From Bacteroidaceae bacterium (GTDB taxonomy: Bacteria; Bacteroidota; Bacteroidia; Bacteroidales; Bacteroidaceae), in NCBI GenBank assembly GCA_016292045.1, contig JAEEZX010000006.1:7757-71756 (forward strand): 64,000 nucleotides of DNA. The letters run 5' to 3'. The stretch's first letter is position 1, and each line of letters opens with the position of its first letter. The notes under the pieces are model-generated. The model was not told the origin of the DNA. It made no database searches and saw only the letters and a program-made list of their open reading frames with translations. This document shows positions 28,282 to 40,939 of this stretch, piece after piece. The position numbers were made by a program, and so were the translations under genes.

Positions 28282-28965
28282 TCATGCACACATTTCGCCT
28301 GAGATGAGTTGCAATATATCCTCCTTTTTCACATCCAACCACCTTGTCTGCAGTCCCTCGCGGGCTGCGGCATCGACATTCACGCGGGCATCGTCCACGA
28401 ATAAGCATTCTCCAGCCTGCGCTCCTATCTCGCACACAACCTGCCGGTATATCTCCGGATCTGGCTTGGCGAGATGCATCTCCTGGGAGAGGAACACGCG
28501 GTCGAAGAGTTCGTCCACACTGAAACCTTCCTGCGCGAAGTCGTGAGCAAGAAGGTGCTGCCAATGCAGGTCGTTGGTGTTGGAAAGCATAAAGGTGCGA
28601 TAGCCCTTCTCGCGGAGCGAACGCACCATGAGAAGACGCTCGCGGGGAATGGTGCGGATGCAGCGGTTCCACGCATCGATGAGCTGGGAGGGCGTGGTGC
28701 CCTCGTTGCACTGGGGCAGTATCGTGTCGATGAGCTGCTCTGTGGATATATCGCCCGTCTGGTAGTCGGAAAGCAATTTTCCCATGCTCATACCCTCGCA
28801 TACGGGAGTGGCGCCCTCGCTGTCGTCCTTGGCAAGAAAAGCGCGGGAATCAAGTCCCACAGAGGCAAAACCCTCCAACATGCCCTGCACGTTGAGGTCG
28901 AGCAGTACACCGCCGAGGTCGAATATAATATTGCGTGGAAGCATGCTATGCTTTACGGCTGTCAA
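28282..28965 (-). CDS. HAD-superfamily hydrolase (subfamily IA-like)
   Basis: IIFDLGGVLL (DxG nucleophile motif), a SNT motif and a C-terminal FVDDARVNV. An alternative start is at 28944. Confidence 0.75.
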   Translation of the reverse strand: MTAVKHSMLPRNIIFDLGGVLLDLNVQGMLEGFASVGLDSRAFLAKDDSEGATPVCEGMSMGKLLSDYQTGDISTEQLIDTILPQCNEGTTPSQLIDAWNRCIRTIPRERLLMVRSLREKGYRTFMLSNTNDLHWQHLLAHDFAQEGFSVDELFDRVFLSQEMHLAKPDPEIYRQVVCEIGAQAGECLFVDDARVNVDAAAREGLQTRWLDVKKEDILQLISGEMCA

Positions 28966-29386
28966 TATTGTCGCCCTGAGTCTCCTGCATTACTTCATCG
29001 AAATCGGTGATACCATTCTCGACAAGAATATTGTACCACTGTACGAGTTTCTTCATATCAGAAGGAAAGACCCGATCACGGTCAAAATTAGGTAACACTT
29101 CCCCCACAAACTCCGCCAAATCCTCCTTGGAAGCCTTTTTGGGGTCAACAGACGCTATCTTGCCACCCTCTTTTTCAAAAATATTCTTCAGCACCTGACG
29201 CAAAGGCACCTCCTCCGAGTCGGTATACATAGCGATATCTGCCAAAGAAATCACACGGTCGGTGCCGAATGCCGGCATACGTTTCTTTGCTTTATCAAGC
29301 GTCTCAACGATAAGACTACGGTTGCCACGGCTCACAAGTCTGTACAGGCCCGGTTTGCCGGAAATGGCGAGAATTGTTTCTAGCAT
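28946..29386 (-). CDS. DUF5606-like protein
   Basis: 146 aa. ILAISGKPGLYRLVSRG N-terminus recalled from the Bacteroidetes DUF5606 family. Confidence 0.55.
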   Translation of the reverse strand: MLETILAISGKPGLYRLVSRGNRSLIVETLDKAKKRMPAFGTDRVISLADIAMYTDSEEVPLRQVLKNIFEKEGGKIASVDPKKASKEDLAEFVGEVLPNFDRDRVFPSDMKKLVQWYNILVENGITDFDEVMQETQGDNIDSRKA

Positions 29387-30507
29387 ATTTTTACGTTTTT
29401 AATTATTTCTATTATCACGTCGCGTGCCTGCTCCATACTCCTGACAGGAACGTATTCCTCGCGGGAATGGAAATTGATTCCGCCGGCGAAGATATTGGGA
29501 CAAGGCAGACCGCGGAATGAGAGCTGAGCTCCGTCTGTGCCGCCACGTATGGGTTTCACCTCACAATGGCCGCACACAGTCTCGATGGCCTTGCGGGCGA
29601 GCTCCGTGATATGCGGTTTGCCCTGCAGCTGGGAGAGCATATTATAATATGTGTCGGAGAGCTGCACGAGCACCGTCCCAGCTCCGTATTCCTCGTTGAA
29701 ACGCTCCGCCATATCCAAAAGCACCCGTTTGCGCATCTCAAACATCTGGCGGTTGTGGTCGCGTATGATATAAGAGAGGTGAGCCTCCTCCACATTGCCG
29801 CTGAGCGAGGTGAGATGATAGAAGCCCTCATAGCCCGCAGTCTTTTCAGGCACCTCGTTCTGGGGCATTGCCTGCGCGAATTCCGAGGCGATAAGCACCG
29901 CGTTGCGCATCTTGTCCTTGGCGTAGCCGGGATGCACATTGAAACCCTTTACGGATATCTTTGCTGAGGCAGCATTAAAATTCTCGTACTCCAGTTCACC
30001 TGCCTGACCTCCGTCCATCGTATAGGCCCAGTCGCAGCCGAACTTCTCCACATCAAAGAGTTTTGCTCCCTGTCCTATCTCCTCGTCAGGATTGAAGGCG
30101 ATGCGCACCTTTCCGTGCTTCACCTCCGGATGTTGCAGCAAAAACTCCATTGCACTCACTATCTCTGCAATACCCGCCTTGTCGTCGGCTCCGAGCAGCG
30201 TGTTGCCGTCGGTCTTCACAATGCCATCCTCCACATGAGCTCTGACATCGCGTCCCGAGCAGTCGGGCGACGTGTCAAGATGGGCAATGAATCCCAAAAC
30301 GGGACGCTCCTCGTCACAGTTGGCGGGAAGCGTAGCGTAGAGATAAGAGTGCTCATCCAGTTCCACATCCTGAAGACCGAGAGCCGTGAGCTCATCGCGC
30401 AGCATCTCTGCCAGAACACGCTGTCCGGGCGTTGAGGGACACACGGCGGCATTTGCCTCCGAGCTCTGCGTGTCAACAGCGACATATCTCAAAAATCTCT
30501 GCAACAT
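29380..30507 (-). CDS. pepT: Peptidase T (tripeptide aminopeptidase, M20B)
   Basis: 375 aa. FLRYVAVDTQS, GFIAHLDTSPD, GADDKAGIA and IRGGTDGAQLS motifs. Confidence 0.85.
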   Translation of the reverse strand: MLQRFLRYVAVDTQSSEANAAVCPSTPGQRVLAEMLRDELTALGLQDVELDEHSYLYATLPANCDEERPVLGFIAHLDTSPDCSGRDVRAHVEDGIVKTDGNTLLGADDKAGIAEIVSAMEFLLQHPEVKHGKVRIAFNPDEEIGQGAKLFDVEKFGCDWAYTMDGGQAGELEYENFNAASAKISVKGFNVHPGYAKDKMRNAVLIASEFAQAMPQNEVPEKTAGYEGFYHLTSLSGNVEEAHLSYIIRDHNRQMFEMRKRVLLDMAERFNEEYGAGTVLVQLSDTYYNMLSQLQGKPHITELARKAIETVCGHCEVKPIRGGTDGAQLSFRGLPCPNIFAGGINFHSREEYVPVRSMEQARDVIIEIIKNVKIC

Positions 30508-30522
30508 GGCGTTTAAGCTGTC

Positions 30523-31122
30523 TTATTCGGGCTGCTGAGCCTTCAGTTCCTCATAGAATGCAGCACGGGCTGTGTTAATATAAGGGTACAACCACAGACA
30601 ACCTATGCCGAGAGTGAGTATCGCAAGAAGAATCCATCCTATGAAGGAGAAGTCAAGGCAAAAGAGTTCCCACTTGTGACCGTCCATCATACGCATTGAT
30701 TTCTCGATGGCCTCATTGCCGGAAATAATCTCCTCATCGTCGTCCTCCAGAATAAACGGCGTCATCGCATAGGAGTATGACTTGATGATGCCGGGAATTA
30801 TAAGCAGAAGGCTCCAAAGCCATGTGTACAACATGGTGAGCACCATAGTAATTAACACACGGTTGTTGAACTCCTTGAAAATATACATAACATCGAACTT
30901 CTCACCTCGCAACTGCTTAAGGAACGACACCGTGAAAGCGAATGTCATAGGTGTAAGCAACAGGGCAGCGATGAATCCGCCGATTATGGGTACCACTGTG
31001 CCACAAGCTGCAGAAGCAGTAAACGACACAGCACAATAAACCAATGTAAATACAGCGGCTTCTCCCCACACACCACTCAAGGCCTGACGTGCCTCGGCAC
31101 GGAAATCTGAAGAGTTTTTCAT
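30523..31122 (-). CDS. DUF975-like integral membrane protein
   Basis: 199 aa with several TM segments. The N-terminal FRAEARQALSG pattern is recalled from DUF975. Confidence 0.55.
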   Translation of the reverse strand: MKNSSDFRAEARQALSGVWGEAAVFTLVYCAVSFTASAACGTVVPIIGGFIAALLLTPMTFAFTVSFLKQLRGEKFDVMYIFKEFNNRVLITMVLTMLYTWLWSLLLIIPGIIKSYSYAMTPFILEDDDEEIISGNEAIEKSMRMMDGHKWELFCLDFSFIGWILLAILTLGIGCLWLYPYINTARAAFYEELKAQQPE

Positions 31123-31153
31123 ATCTTTATTTTAAATTTTTATTTCACGGGCG

Positions 31154-31161
31154 CAAAGGTA
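31154..31161 (-). promoter_or_regulatory. -7 promoter box (TACCTTTG on minus strand)
   Basis: Plus strand reads CAAAGGTA, 32 nt upstream of the ATG at 31122. Confidence 0.5.
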
Positions 31162-31204
31162 CGAACTTTTTTTTCATATCTGCGTCCTATTCAATATTTT
31201 TTCG

Positions 31205-31212
31205 TATCTTTG
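31205..31212 (+). promoter_or_regulatory. -7 promoter box TATCTTTG
   Basis: Match to TAnnTTTG 19 nt before the ATG at 31231. This excludes the ORF-track start at 31210. Confidence 0.5.
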
Positions 31213-31230
31213 CGACGAAAAATCAATAAA

Positions 31231-33862
<2,632 letters not shown>

Positions 33863-33894
33863 CGCATTCCCTCTGTTTAAAGAAAAGGATTATT

Positions 33895-34350
33895 TCAATC
33901 GTCTACTTCGGTGCGAATCACCTCGTAGGTATTCTTGTCGAAATGTACATCCACACCATTTGACAATTCTACCTCATAACTCAAACGTCCGCGTTCGATT
34001 TTATTGATTTTGACGTTGTGGTAATTCTTCTTGACATAAACGGCAATGGCATTCGGCACGACGGAAACCGGCACAGCATCCGTCTTGCAGTCTATTTCCA
34101 TCCAACCGCCTTTATTGTTGAACTTTATTTCGTCGCCGTTGCTAAGAGTCACCTCATATGATACTCCGTTGAGATTTGATTCTTTCTCCGCCTTCACTAT
34201 CATCCTGCCTTTGAAATGATTCTTCACCAAAGAGCGTGCAGGTGCGGGCAAGTCCTTAACCTTAATAACTCTGTCACGGGCATAACATGATGCAGACAAC
34301 ATCATCACGAGGAGGACCAATAGCCGGAAACTCATCTTCTTCATAGTCAT
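33895..34350 (-). CDS. PepSY-like beta-lactamase-inhibitor-like domain protein
   Basis: 151 aa with a signal peptide. Two repeats of the pattern YEV.LSNG..I.F typical of the Bacteroidetes PepSY-like family. Confidence 0.55.
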   Translation of the reverse strand: MTMKKMSFRLLVLLVMMLSASCYARDRVIKVKDLPAPARSLVKNHFKGRMIVKAEKESNLNGVSYEVTLSNGDEIKFNNKGGWMEIDCKTDAVPVSVVPNAIAVYVKKNYHNVKINKIERGRLSYEVELSNGVDVHFDKNTYEVIRTEVDD

Positions 34351-34391
34351 AAATATTTAGGTTACAACTTATTTTGTCAGTTATCTCGCTG

Positions 34392-34399
34392 CAAATATA
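34392..34399 (-). promoter_or_regulatory. -7 promoter box (TATATTTG on minus strand)
   Basis: Plus strand reads CAAATATA, 42 nt upstream of the ATG at 34350. Confidence 0.5.
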
Positions 34400-34515
34400 T
34401 AAATAATATCCATTTTAACACAACAAAATGCAACAATTATGATGCTTTTTTTGATTTTTTTCTTTCTAAAAGTATTGTTTTGCGCACTTGTGCATAAAAT
34501 CCCGATATTATTTTG

Positions 34516-34523
34516 TACCTTTG
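34516..34523 (+). promoter_or_regulatory. -7 promoter box TACCTTTG
   Basis: Match to TAnnTTTG 29 nt before the ATG at 34552. Confidence 0.55.
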
Positions 34524-34551
34524 TCCTGAAAAACGTATATAATATAATACT

Positions 34552-37500
34552 ATGAAAAAGCAAGCACTCCTTCTACTCAGTCTATGGATGGGCATCGCAC
34601 TTGTCTCCGCACAGACAGATGTGACGGGTCAGTATCTGACAAACGCCTCCTTTGAGCAACCTGTCGCCTCAACACTCAGCGTGGACGCAACACGAGGAGC
34701 CTATAATGTGGGAACGGCCCTGACCGGATGGACGGTGAGCGGAACCTACGGTGTGTCGGACATCATGACATCTGCTGCAACGGCCACAGACAACAACATG
34801 GGAGTTCCCGGCGCTCCCTCCGACGGCGCACAGATGTACTATATCCGCAATGCCTGGGTTAACGGAACGGCATCCGTAAAACAGACAATCACTCTGCCCG
34901 CCTCCAAATACCGTCTCACGGTGGACAGCAAGAGTGCTCACGCCGGAACCACCAGCAGCGGCAAACTGGTGGCCGCCGGAGAAAACACCGCCATCACGAT
35001 GAATCAGGGCAGCATCCCCTCTACGTGGAGCCCTGTAAGCGTGGAATTCACGCTGACGGAAGAGAAGTCCGTGACAATCGGCTTTGAAATCACGTGGGTG
35101 AACAGTGCCGGAGCAAGCTTCCTCCTGGACAATGTGCGACTCTATGACATAAGCGGCGAACCCGTGAATCCCGACCCGACAGAGGGCGATGTGGATTCCC
35201 CGACAGAGGGAAAGATCGACAACACCTTCGTCGGCGAAGCGGAAATGATGACCGACCTGCTGAAGATGCTGGCACGCTTCACACCCTACATGAAGAACTA
35301 CTGGTTCCAGTGTGCAAGTCCGAACAGCATCAACGAGAGTTGCGGATTCTTCTACAATACGGAGAACGGAACATCGCCCTCATGTCCCAACGGAGAAAAG
35401 GGTGTCAGACCGAATGCAGACCTTTCGATGATAGCTGCCTTCCTGGTGAAATATGCGAAACCTGCCGGCATCGCCCTGCCCGACGGTATTACCTACGACC
35501 TGCTTGAAGAATATGCCATCAAGAGTCTCGTATATGCCTATTCCACACACAAGGCCAACAAGCTGAAAGTATGCTCCGGAGGAAACTACTGGGGCTCCAC
35601 TTCCACCTCGGATGCCGTGTGGGAGTCAAGTCTGTGGGCCATGAGTGTGGCATACTCCGCTTTCTTCCAGTGGGACAAGCTCTCCGACGCTCAGAAGGGA
35701 TATATCTACGCCATGCTGAAAGCCGAGTGCAACTACGAGCTCTACCGCTCTGTGCCGACAGGCTATGCAGGTGACACCAAAGCGGAAGAAAACGGATGGG
35801 AAGCCGACGTATTGGCAGCAACGCTGGGACTCTTCCCCAACGATGCGCTGGCTCCACAATGGTTTGAGAGGATGCGTCTCTTTGCGGCAAACAGCTACTC
35901 GCACAGCAACGATGCAACAAACTTCGGAGCCGTAGACCCCACATACAACAACACCACGTGGAGCGATCTCTATAAGGGCAACAACCTCTACAGCGACTGG
36001 ACGCTGCAGAATCACGACCTCTTCCACACCTCATATCAGAACGTGGTGATGCAGGAACTCGGCGAAGCTGCGCTGGCCCTGAAGATGTTCCAAGGCGAGA
36101 CAGAGACATGGAAATCCAACGCACTGCAGCACGGCAATCAGGAGGTGATGGACAACGTGCTCAACTGGCTGGCTCTGGCCGACGGTGAGCTGGCTATGCC
36201 GAACGGTAACGACTGGAGTCTCTTCCTCTACGACCAGATCACATCCTACAGCACTCAGGCATGCTTCCAGAGAGACCCCGACGCTCTGTTGTTGGAGAAT
36301 CTTGCGTACAAGCAGATAAAAGCCCGCCAGACAACAACGACAGACGGTTCGTGGCTGCTGCGTCCCGACGTGGCTGCACGCCGTATGGGTGTAGAGGCAC
36401 ACCGTGTGATGATGACATACCTCATGCACAAGATGATGTCCACGGCAGACCTACAACCCACCTCGTGGGATGATTTCCGCAACGCGCACTCCAAGGCAAT
36501 GATATTCCCCTGCCAGAATGTCGTGAGAGGCTACACTCCCAGCCGCTTCACCTGCTTCTCGTGGAGCACTGGTCTCAAGAGCTACACAGGATACTTTGCT
36601 GCTGACAAGGCAGACAAGAACAAGATTGTGGTGCCTTATCGCGCCAACAATTCCGGCAATATCACAGGATGGTACGAAGTAAGCGGAAAGGGTACGAACG
36701 CCACTCCAGTGGTATCCGGCATCTACCAGCTCGACGGCAATGCATGGGTTATGAACGGCGAGCTGTCTGTGAACGACGGTGCCTTGAACAACCGTTTTGC
36801 ACTCTACTCCACTCCGGGCAATGCATTCATCTATCTCGACCACGTGAAGGCCAACACAGCGTGTACCATCACGGCAGAGAAAGGCGGACTGCTTGCTATC
36901 TCCACCGATGAACTTACAAAGCTGCAGCGCACTTTGTACTATGCAGACGGCAACGACATCACATGGAAGCAGAGGGACGGCAGCACACAGCTGACATTCA
37001 CCTCAGATTGGGTGAATATTGACAACGAACTGGGCATCGTAGGTCCCGGCGGAAAGAAGATGGCATTCGCCGACCGCGGTGCCAACAACAGCATCTACAC
37101 CTCGAAACTCTATCCCATGTATTCGAACAGCAGCCGCACAGTGGCTGCCGGCGAAGTGGTGGATGCCCGCCATCTCATCTACTACAGCGAAATCAACGCC
37201 GAAGACACAAAGGCCACTTCCGAACAGGTGGAAGGCCTCAAGGGACTTGTACCTGAAGGATGGAACGGTGTCATTGCTCCCGACCCGTCCGGAGTGTACT
37301 ATTGCCTTATTTCCAACTTCCGCGGCAACTCATCAGCCACAATCGACGGAATCACGATTAAGAACTTTGCCGCCCCGATATTCAAGACGGAAACAACGAT
37401 AGAAAACAATAAGGCAAAGATAAATCTCACGCTGCAGCAGAACAACAGTTTCGCCACTCCGATGAAGATTTTCGTGAAGGGTTCTCACGTTAAAGCACAA

Positions 37501-38382
37501 CTGGAAGACCTCAATACCGCATATATCACGGCGACACAAGATGTCACGATAACAATCTACGGCATGCAGGGCAACTACGCAAAGCGTATGATTCCCGCAA
37601 CACTCGCCGCCGGAGAGACAATAAAGGTGATTCTTACCGACGACGGCATCACCAAGGAGTCTGCCAGCCCCTTCAAACCCGACTACAAAGAGGACACCGA
37701 TATGACCGGCTACATCGTAAATCCCAAGTTTCAGGGCAATTCGAAAGACGGTTGGACGTTGACCAAAGCCGACTACAATGAAGCCACCAGCTACAACGAG
37801 CAGGAGTTCTGGAACAACAGCAGTTTCTCTATGAAACAAACCGTAAAAGGCCTTCCTGCCGGTCGCTACCGCCTCTCATGTCAGGGATACTACCGTGCCG
37901 GAGGATATGCTGCAGCAGCAAGTTCCCGCACAGCCGGGACGGAAGCACTCAATGCTTCTCTCTATGCTCAACCGAGCGGAAAGACAAAGGCCTCACAGCC
38001 TCTGCAGAGCATCTTCGCAGAAGCCGGCAAGATGGGATTTCTCGGCGTAAACACCACATTCGGCTATGTGCCCAACAATATGGAACAGGCATCCCAGTAT
38101 TTCTGCACCGCGCTCTATGACAGCAACACCGTGGAATTCGAAGTGGAAGAAAACCAGAACGTAGAAATCGGTATTGAGAAAGCGAGTAAGATAAACGACG
38201 ACTGGACGATCTTCACCAACTTCCGTCTTATACGCCTTGGCGACGACCCTACGAATGTGGCTCTCACTCTTCCCACAAATCCCAAGAGTGTAAAGAAGGA
38301 CGGAAAGTTTCTCCGCAAAGGACGTCTCTTCATCGTGAAAAACAACGCAACGTACGACATAAACGGGAGAAAGCTCGAATAA
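34552..38382 (+). CDS. Large secreted multidomain protein. Related beta-sandwich (CBM-like) modules sit at both ends of an alpha-helical toroid plus beta-sandwich core (heparinase II/III-like lyase guess).
   Basis: 1276 aa with signal peptide MKKQALLLLSLWMGIALVSA. The N-terminal module (..NASFEQP..GWTVSG..LPASKYRLTV..DNVRLYD) and C-terminal module (..NPKFQG..GWTLTK..LPAGRYRLSC..TNFRLIRL) share a pattern. The centre is helix-rich and includes QNHDLFHTSYQN. The functional call is inference only. Confidence 0.5.
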   Translation: MKKQALLLLSLWMGIALVSAQTDVTGQYLTNASFEQPVASTLSVDATRGAYNVGTALTGWTVSGTYGVSDIMTSAATATDNNMGVPGAPSDGAQMYYIRNAWVNGTASVKQTITLPASKYRLTVDSKSAHAGTTSSGKLVAAGENTAITMNQGSIPSTWSPVSVEFTLTEEKSVTIGFEITWVNSAGASFLLDNVRLYDISGEPVNPDPTEGDVDSPTEGKIDNTFVGEAEMMTDLLKMLARFTPYMKNYWFQCASPNSINESCGFFYNTENGTSPSCPNGEKGVRPNADLSMIAAFLVKYAKPAGIALPDGITYDLLEEYAIKSLVYAYSTHKANKLKVCSGGNYWGSTSTSDAVWESSLWAMSVAYSAFFQWDKLSDAQKGYIYAMLKAECNYELYRSVPTGYAGDTKAEENGWEADVLAATLGLFPNDALAPQWFERMRLFAANSYSHSNDATNFGAVDPTYNNTTWSDLYKGNNLYSDWTLQNHDLFHTSYQNVVMQELGEAALALKMFQGETETWKSNALQHGNQEVMDNVLNWLALADGELAMPNGNDWSLFLYDQITSYSTQACFQRDPDALLLENLAYKQIKARQTTTTDGSWLLRPDVAARRMGVEAHRVMMTYLMHKMMSTADLQPTSWDDFRNAHSKAMIFPCQNVVRGYTPSRFTCFSWSTGLKSYTGYFAADKADKNKIVVPYRANNSGNITGWYEVSGKGTNATPVVSGIYQLDGNAWVMNGELSVNDGALNNRFALYSTPGNAFIYLDHVKANTACTITAEKGGLLAISTDELTKLQRTLYYADGNDITWKQRDGSTQLTFTSDWVNIDNELGIVGPGGKKMAFADRGANNSIYTSKLYPMYSNSSRTVAAGEVVDARHLIYYSEINAEDTKATSEQVEGLKGLVPEGWNGVIAPDPSGVYYCLISNFRGNSSATIDGITIKNFAAPIFKTETTIENNKAKINLTLQQNNSFATPMKIFVKGSHVKAQLEDLNTAYITATQDVTITIYGMQGNYAKRMIPATLAAGETIKVILTDDGITKESASPFKPDYKEDTDMTGYIVNPKFQGNSKDGWTLTKADYNEATSYNEQEFWNNSSFSMKQTVKGLPAGRYRLSCQGYYRAGGYAAAASSRTAGTEALNASLYAQPSGKTKASQPLQSIFAEAGKMGFLGVNTTFGYVPNNMEQASQYFCTALYDSNTVEFEVEENQNVEIGIEKASKINDDWTIFTNFRLIRLGDDPTNVALTLPTNPKSVKKDGKFLRKGRLFIVKNNATYDINGRKLE

Positions 38383-38397
38383 AGCAGGAACGGTAAT

Positions 38398-40362
38398 ATG
38401 ATTGATCGAGCTACTATAGCGAAAATTAACGAGGCGGCACAGATATACGATGTCGTCTCGGAATTTGTAAACCTGAAAAAGTCAGGTGCAGGATGGAAGG
38501 GGCTATGCCCTTTTCACGATGACCGCTCCCCGTCATTCACCGTGTCACCGGCAAGAAACACCTGTCGATGCTGGGCGTGCGGAGAAGGAGGCGGGCCTGT
38601 CACTTTCCTGATGAAGCACGAACAGATATCCTACCCCGATGCATTGAAATGGCTTGCGAAGCGATATGGCATCCCTGTGGTGGAGAAGGAACTGACTCCG
38701 GAGGAAAAAGCGCAGGAAACGGAACGCGACTCTCTGTTTGCCATCAACGAATGGGCCATAAACTGGTTTGAGACACAAATGCACGAAACGGCCGACGGAC
38801 GAGCCGTCGGACTGGCATATTTCCGCGGACGAGGCTTTCGTGACGATGTCATGAGAGACTACCGCGTGGGCTTCGCACCGAAAAGTCGCGACGCCATGAC
38901 ACGAGCCGCTTTGAGAGAGGGATATCAAGAGGATTTCCTCGTAAAAACCGGACTCACCGTTAAACGTGATGACGGCACACTGTATGACAGATATGCCGGA
39001 CGAGTTATCTTCCCTATACGCAGCGTTTCTGGCAAAGTGGTAGGTTTTGGCGGCCGCGTTCTCGATGCCGCTACAAAGGGTGTGAATCAAAAGTATGTCA
39101 ATTCCCCGGAGAGCAGCGTCTACAGCAAGAAAAAAGAACTCTACGGCCTGTTTGAAGCAAAGAAAGCTATTGCAAAAGCCGACCTCGTATATATGGTGGA
39201 AGGCTACACGGATGTGATGGCAATGCACCAGATGGGTGTGGAGAATGTAGTAGCATCCAGCGGCACGGCACTCACCCACGAACAGATACGGCTCGTGAAA
39301 CGCTTTACTACAAATATCGCCGTACTTTTCGACGGCGATGCTGCCGGTATAAAGGCCTCACAACGAGGTATAGACATGCTTCTTGCAGACGGAATGAACG
39401 TAAAGTTACTTATGCTTCCGGATGGTCAGGATCCCGATGAATTCGCCAGAAAAAACACTCAAGAGGACTATCAGCAGTACCTTGCCACTCACCAGGTGGA
39501 CTTCATAGAATATAAGACAAAACTTCTGTTGGAAGAGGCACAGGGAGATCCCATCAAACTCTCCCGCCTGGCAGGAAACATCATACAGAGCATCTCCGTC
39601 ATACCGGATGACATCACCCGCTCACTGTATCTGCGACAGGCTTCCCAAAAACTTGGTATTCAAGAGAAACTGATGAGCGACGGTGTGGTGCGGCAGATAC
39701 GCAGGAATCAGGAAGAGGAGCACAAACGCCATGCGATTTCCACAACCGACCAGGAATACGCACCGGAATCCGCTGCGGAATCTGCTGGCACACCGGTTGA
39801 CGCGAAGAAGAAGATAGAACCCCTGCCCCAGGAGAAAGACATCGCCGCACTGCTCGTGAAATACGGAGGACGGATATGCTGCGAGGCCGAAGATGAAAAC
39901 GGACAACCCGTAAACCTTACCGTTGCGGAATACATCAGCATCAATCTCGCCCAAGACAACATCGTGCTCGAGCATCCTCTCTACAGGCAGATATTGGAAG
40001 AAACCCTGACCGGAATTCTCGAGCAACCGGGATTCAATGCGGAGCCGTATTTCATCAATCATGAGAATCAGCAAATCGCCTCACTCGCTTTCCATCTCTC
40101 GCAGGACACAGAACAATTGTCCAAAATCTATGGAGAACAGACGGGAACTCCGTCGGAAAAAGAACTTGAGGACAGCACTACACACGCTCTTGCATCACTG
40201 AAACTAGCTATTGTCACGCGACAGCTCACAAGCCTCACCCGTGAGATGAACACACCGGGCATTTCACCCGACAAAAGCCGTCAATTACTACTGCAATTCA
40301 AAACTCTGCAAGAAATAAAGAAAATGCTATCAAAAAACTGCGGACAACGCGTTTTGGGGTGA
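38398..40362 (+). CDS. dnaG: DNA primase
   Basis: 654 aa. Zinc-binding CPFHDDRSPSF...CWACGEGG and TOPRIM motifs EGYTDV and DGDAAG. Confidence 0.9.
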   Translation: MIDRATIAKINEAAQIYDVVSEFVNLKKSGAGWKGLCPFHDDRSPSFTVSPARNTCRCWACGEGGGPVTFLMKHEQISYPDALKWLAKRYGIPVVEKELTPEEKAQETERDSLFAINEWAINWFETQMHETADGRAVGLAYFRGRGFRDDVMRDYRVGFAPKSRDAMTRAALREGYQEDFLVKTGLTVKRDDGTLYDRYAGRVIFPIRSVSGKVVGFGGRVLDAATKGVNQKYVNSPESSVYSKKKELYGLFEAKKAIAKADLVYMVEGYTDVMAMHQMGVENVVASSGTALTHEQIRLVKRFTTNIAVLFDGDAAGIKASQRGIDMLLADGMNVKLLMLPDGQDPDEFARKNTQEDYQQYLATHQVDFIEYKTKLLLEEAQGDPIKLSRLAGNIIQSISVIPDDITRSLYLRQASQKLGIQEKLMSDGVVRQIRRNQEEEHKRHAISTTDQEYAPESAAESAGTPVDAKKKIEPLPQEKDIAALLVKYGGRICCEAEDENGQPVNLTVAEYISINLAQDNIVLEHPLYRQILEETLTGILEQPGFNAEPYFINHENQQIASLAFHLSQDTEQLSKIYGEQTGTPSEKELEDSTTHALASLKLAIVTRQLTSLTREMNTPGISPDKSRQLLLQFKTLQEIKKMLSKNCGQRVLG

Positions 40363-40400
40363 TATTTATCAAAAAAAATCTTAATTTATAGAAAAAACCT

Positions 40401-40429
40401 GGGAGATAGCACCAATATCTCCCTTTTTT
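40401..40429 (+). terminator. Rho-independent terminator after dnaG
   Basis: GGGAGATA-GCACCAA-TATCTCCC (perfect 8-bp stem) followed by TTTTTT. Confidence 0.8.
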
Positions 40430-40433
40430 GTTG

Positions 40434-40441
40434 TATCTTTG
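40434..40441 (+). promoter_or_regulatory. -7 promoter box TATCTTTG
   Basis: Match to TAnnTTTG 36 nt before the ndk ATG at 40477. Confidence 0.5.
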
Positions 40442-40476
40442 CGCCCGAGTTATATTTTATACGAACGCAAACTCCA

Positions 40477-40938
40477 ATGGAAAGAACACTCGTTTTGCTT
40501 AAACCAAGCACTATACAACGCCAACTCTGCGGCGAAATTATCAGTCGTTTTGAAAAGAAAGGTCTTCGCATCGCCGGCATGAAGATGATGCAGTTGGACG
40601 ACAAGATTCTGGAGGCACACTATGCTCATCTTGTCGGCAAGCCATTCTTCCCTGCCCTGAAGGCAAGTATGATGAAGACTCCCGTTGTGGCAATGTGCCT
40701 AGAAGGCGTTGACGCAATTGCCGTTGTACGTTTCATCACCGGCTACACCAATGGACGTAAGGCAGACCCCGGAACAATCCGTGGCGACTATTGTATGTCC
40801 AACCAGCAGAACATCGTGCATGCCTCCGACTCTCCTGAAGCAGCAGAAGCAGAATTGGCACGTTTCTTCAAACCGGAAGAGATTTACAATCTTGGCGACC
40901 TCAATTTGGATCGCCTCTATGCTGTAGACGAAAACTAA
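40477..40938 (+). CDS. ndk: Nucleoside diphosphate kinase
   Basis: 153 aa. ERTLVLLKP, the GYTNGRKADPGTIRGDY region and the active-site NIVHASDS. Confidence 0.95.
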   Translation: MERTLVLLKPSTIQRQLCGEIISRFEKKGLRIAGMKMMQLDDKILEAHYAHLVGKPFFPALKASMMKTPVVAMCLEGVDAIAVVRFITGYTNGRKADPGTIRGDYCMSNQQNIVHASDSPEAAEAELARFFKPEEIYNLGDLNLDRLYAVDEN

Positions 40939-40939
40939 A

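Noticed and set aside
34381-34563. 60-aa minus-strand ORF in the divergent promoter region between the PepSY-like gene and the 1276-aa gene.
   Set aside because: The region is AT-rich, contains both -7 boxes and overlaps the start of the large gene. There is no coding signal.
38245-38382. C-terminal tail of the 1276-aa protein as a T9SS C-terminal sorting domain.
   Set aside because: Only about 45 residues follow the last beta-sandwich module, which is shorter than canonical T9SS CTDs. The resemblance is limited to the final strands, so I mention it in the finding but do not annotate it.
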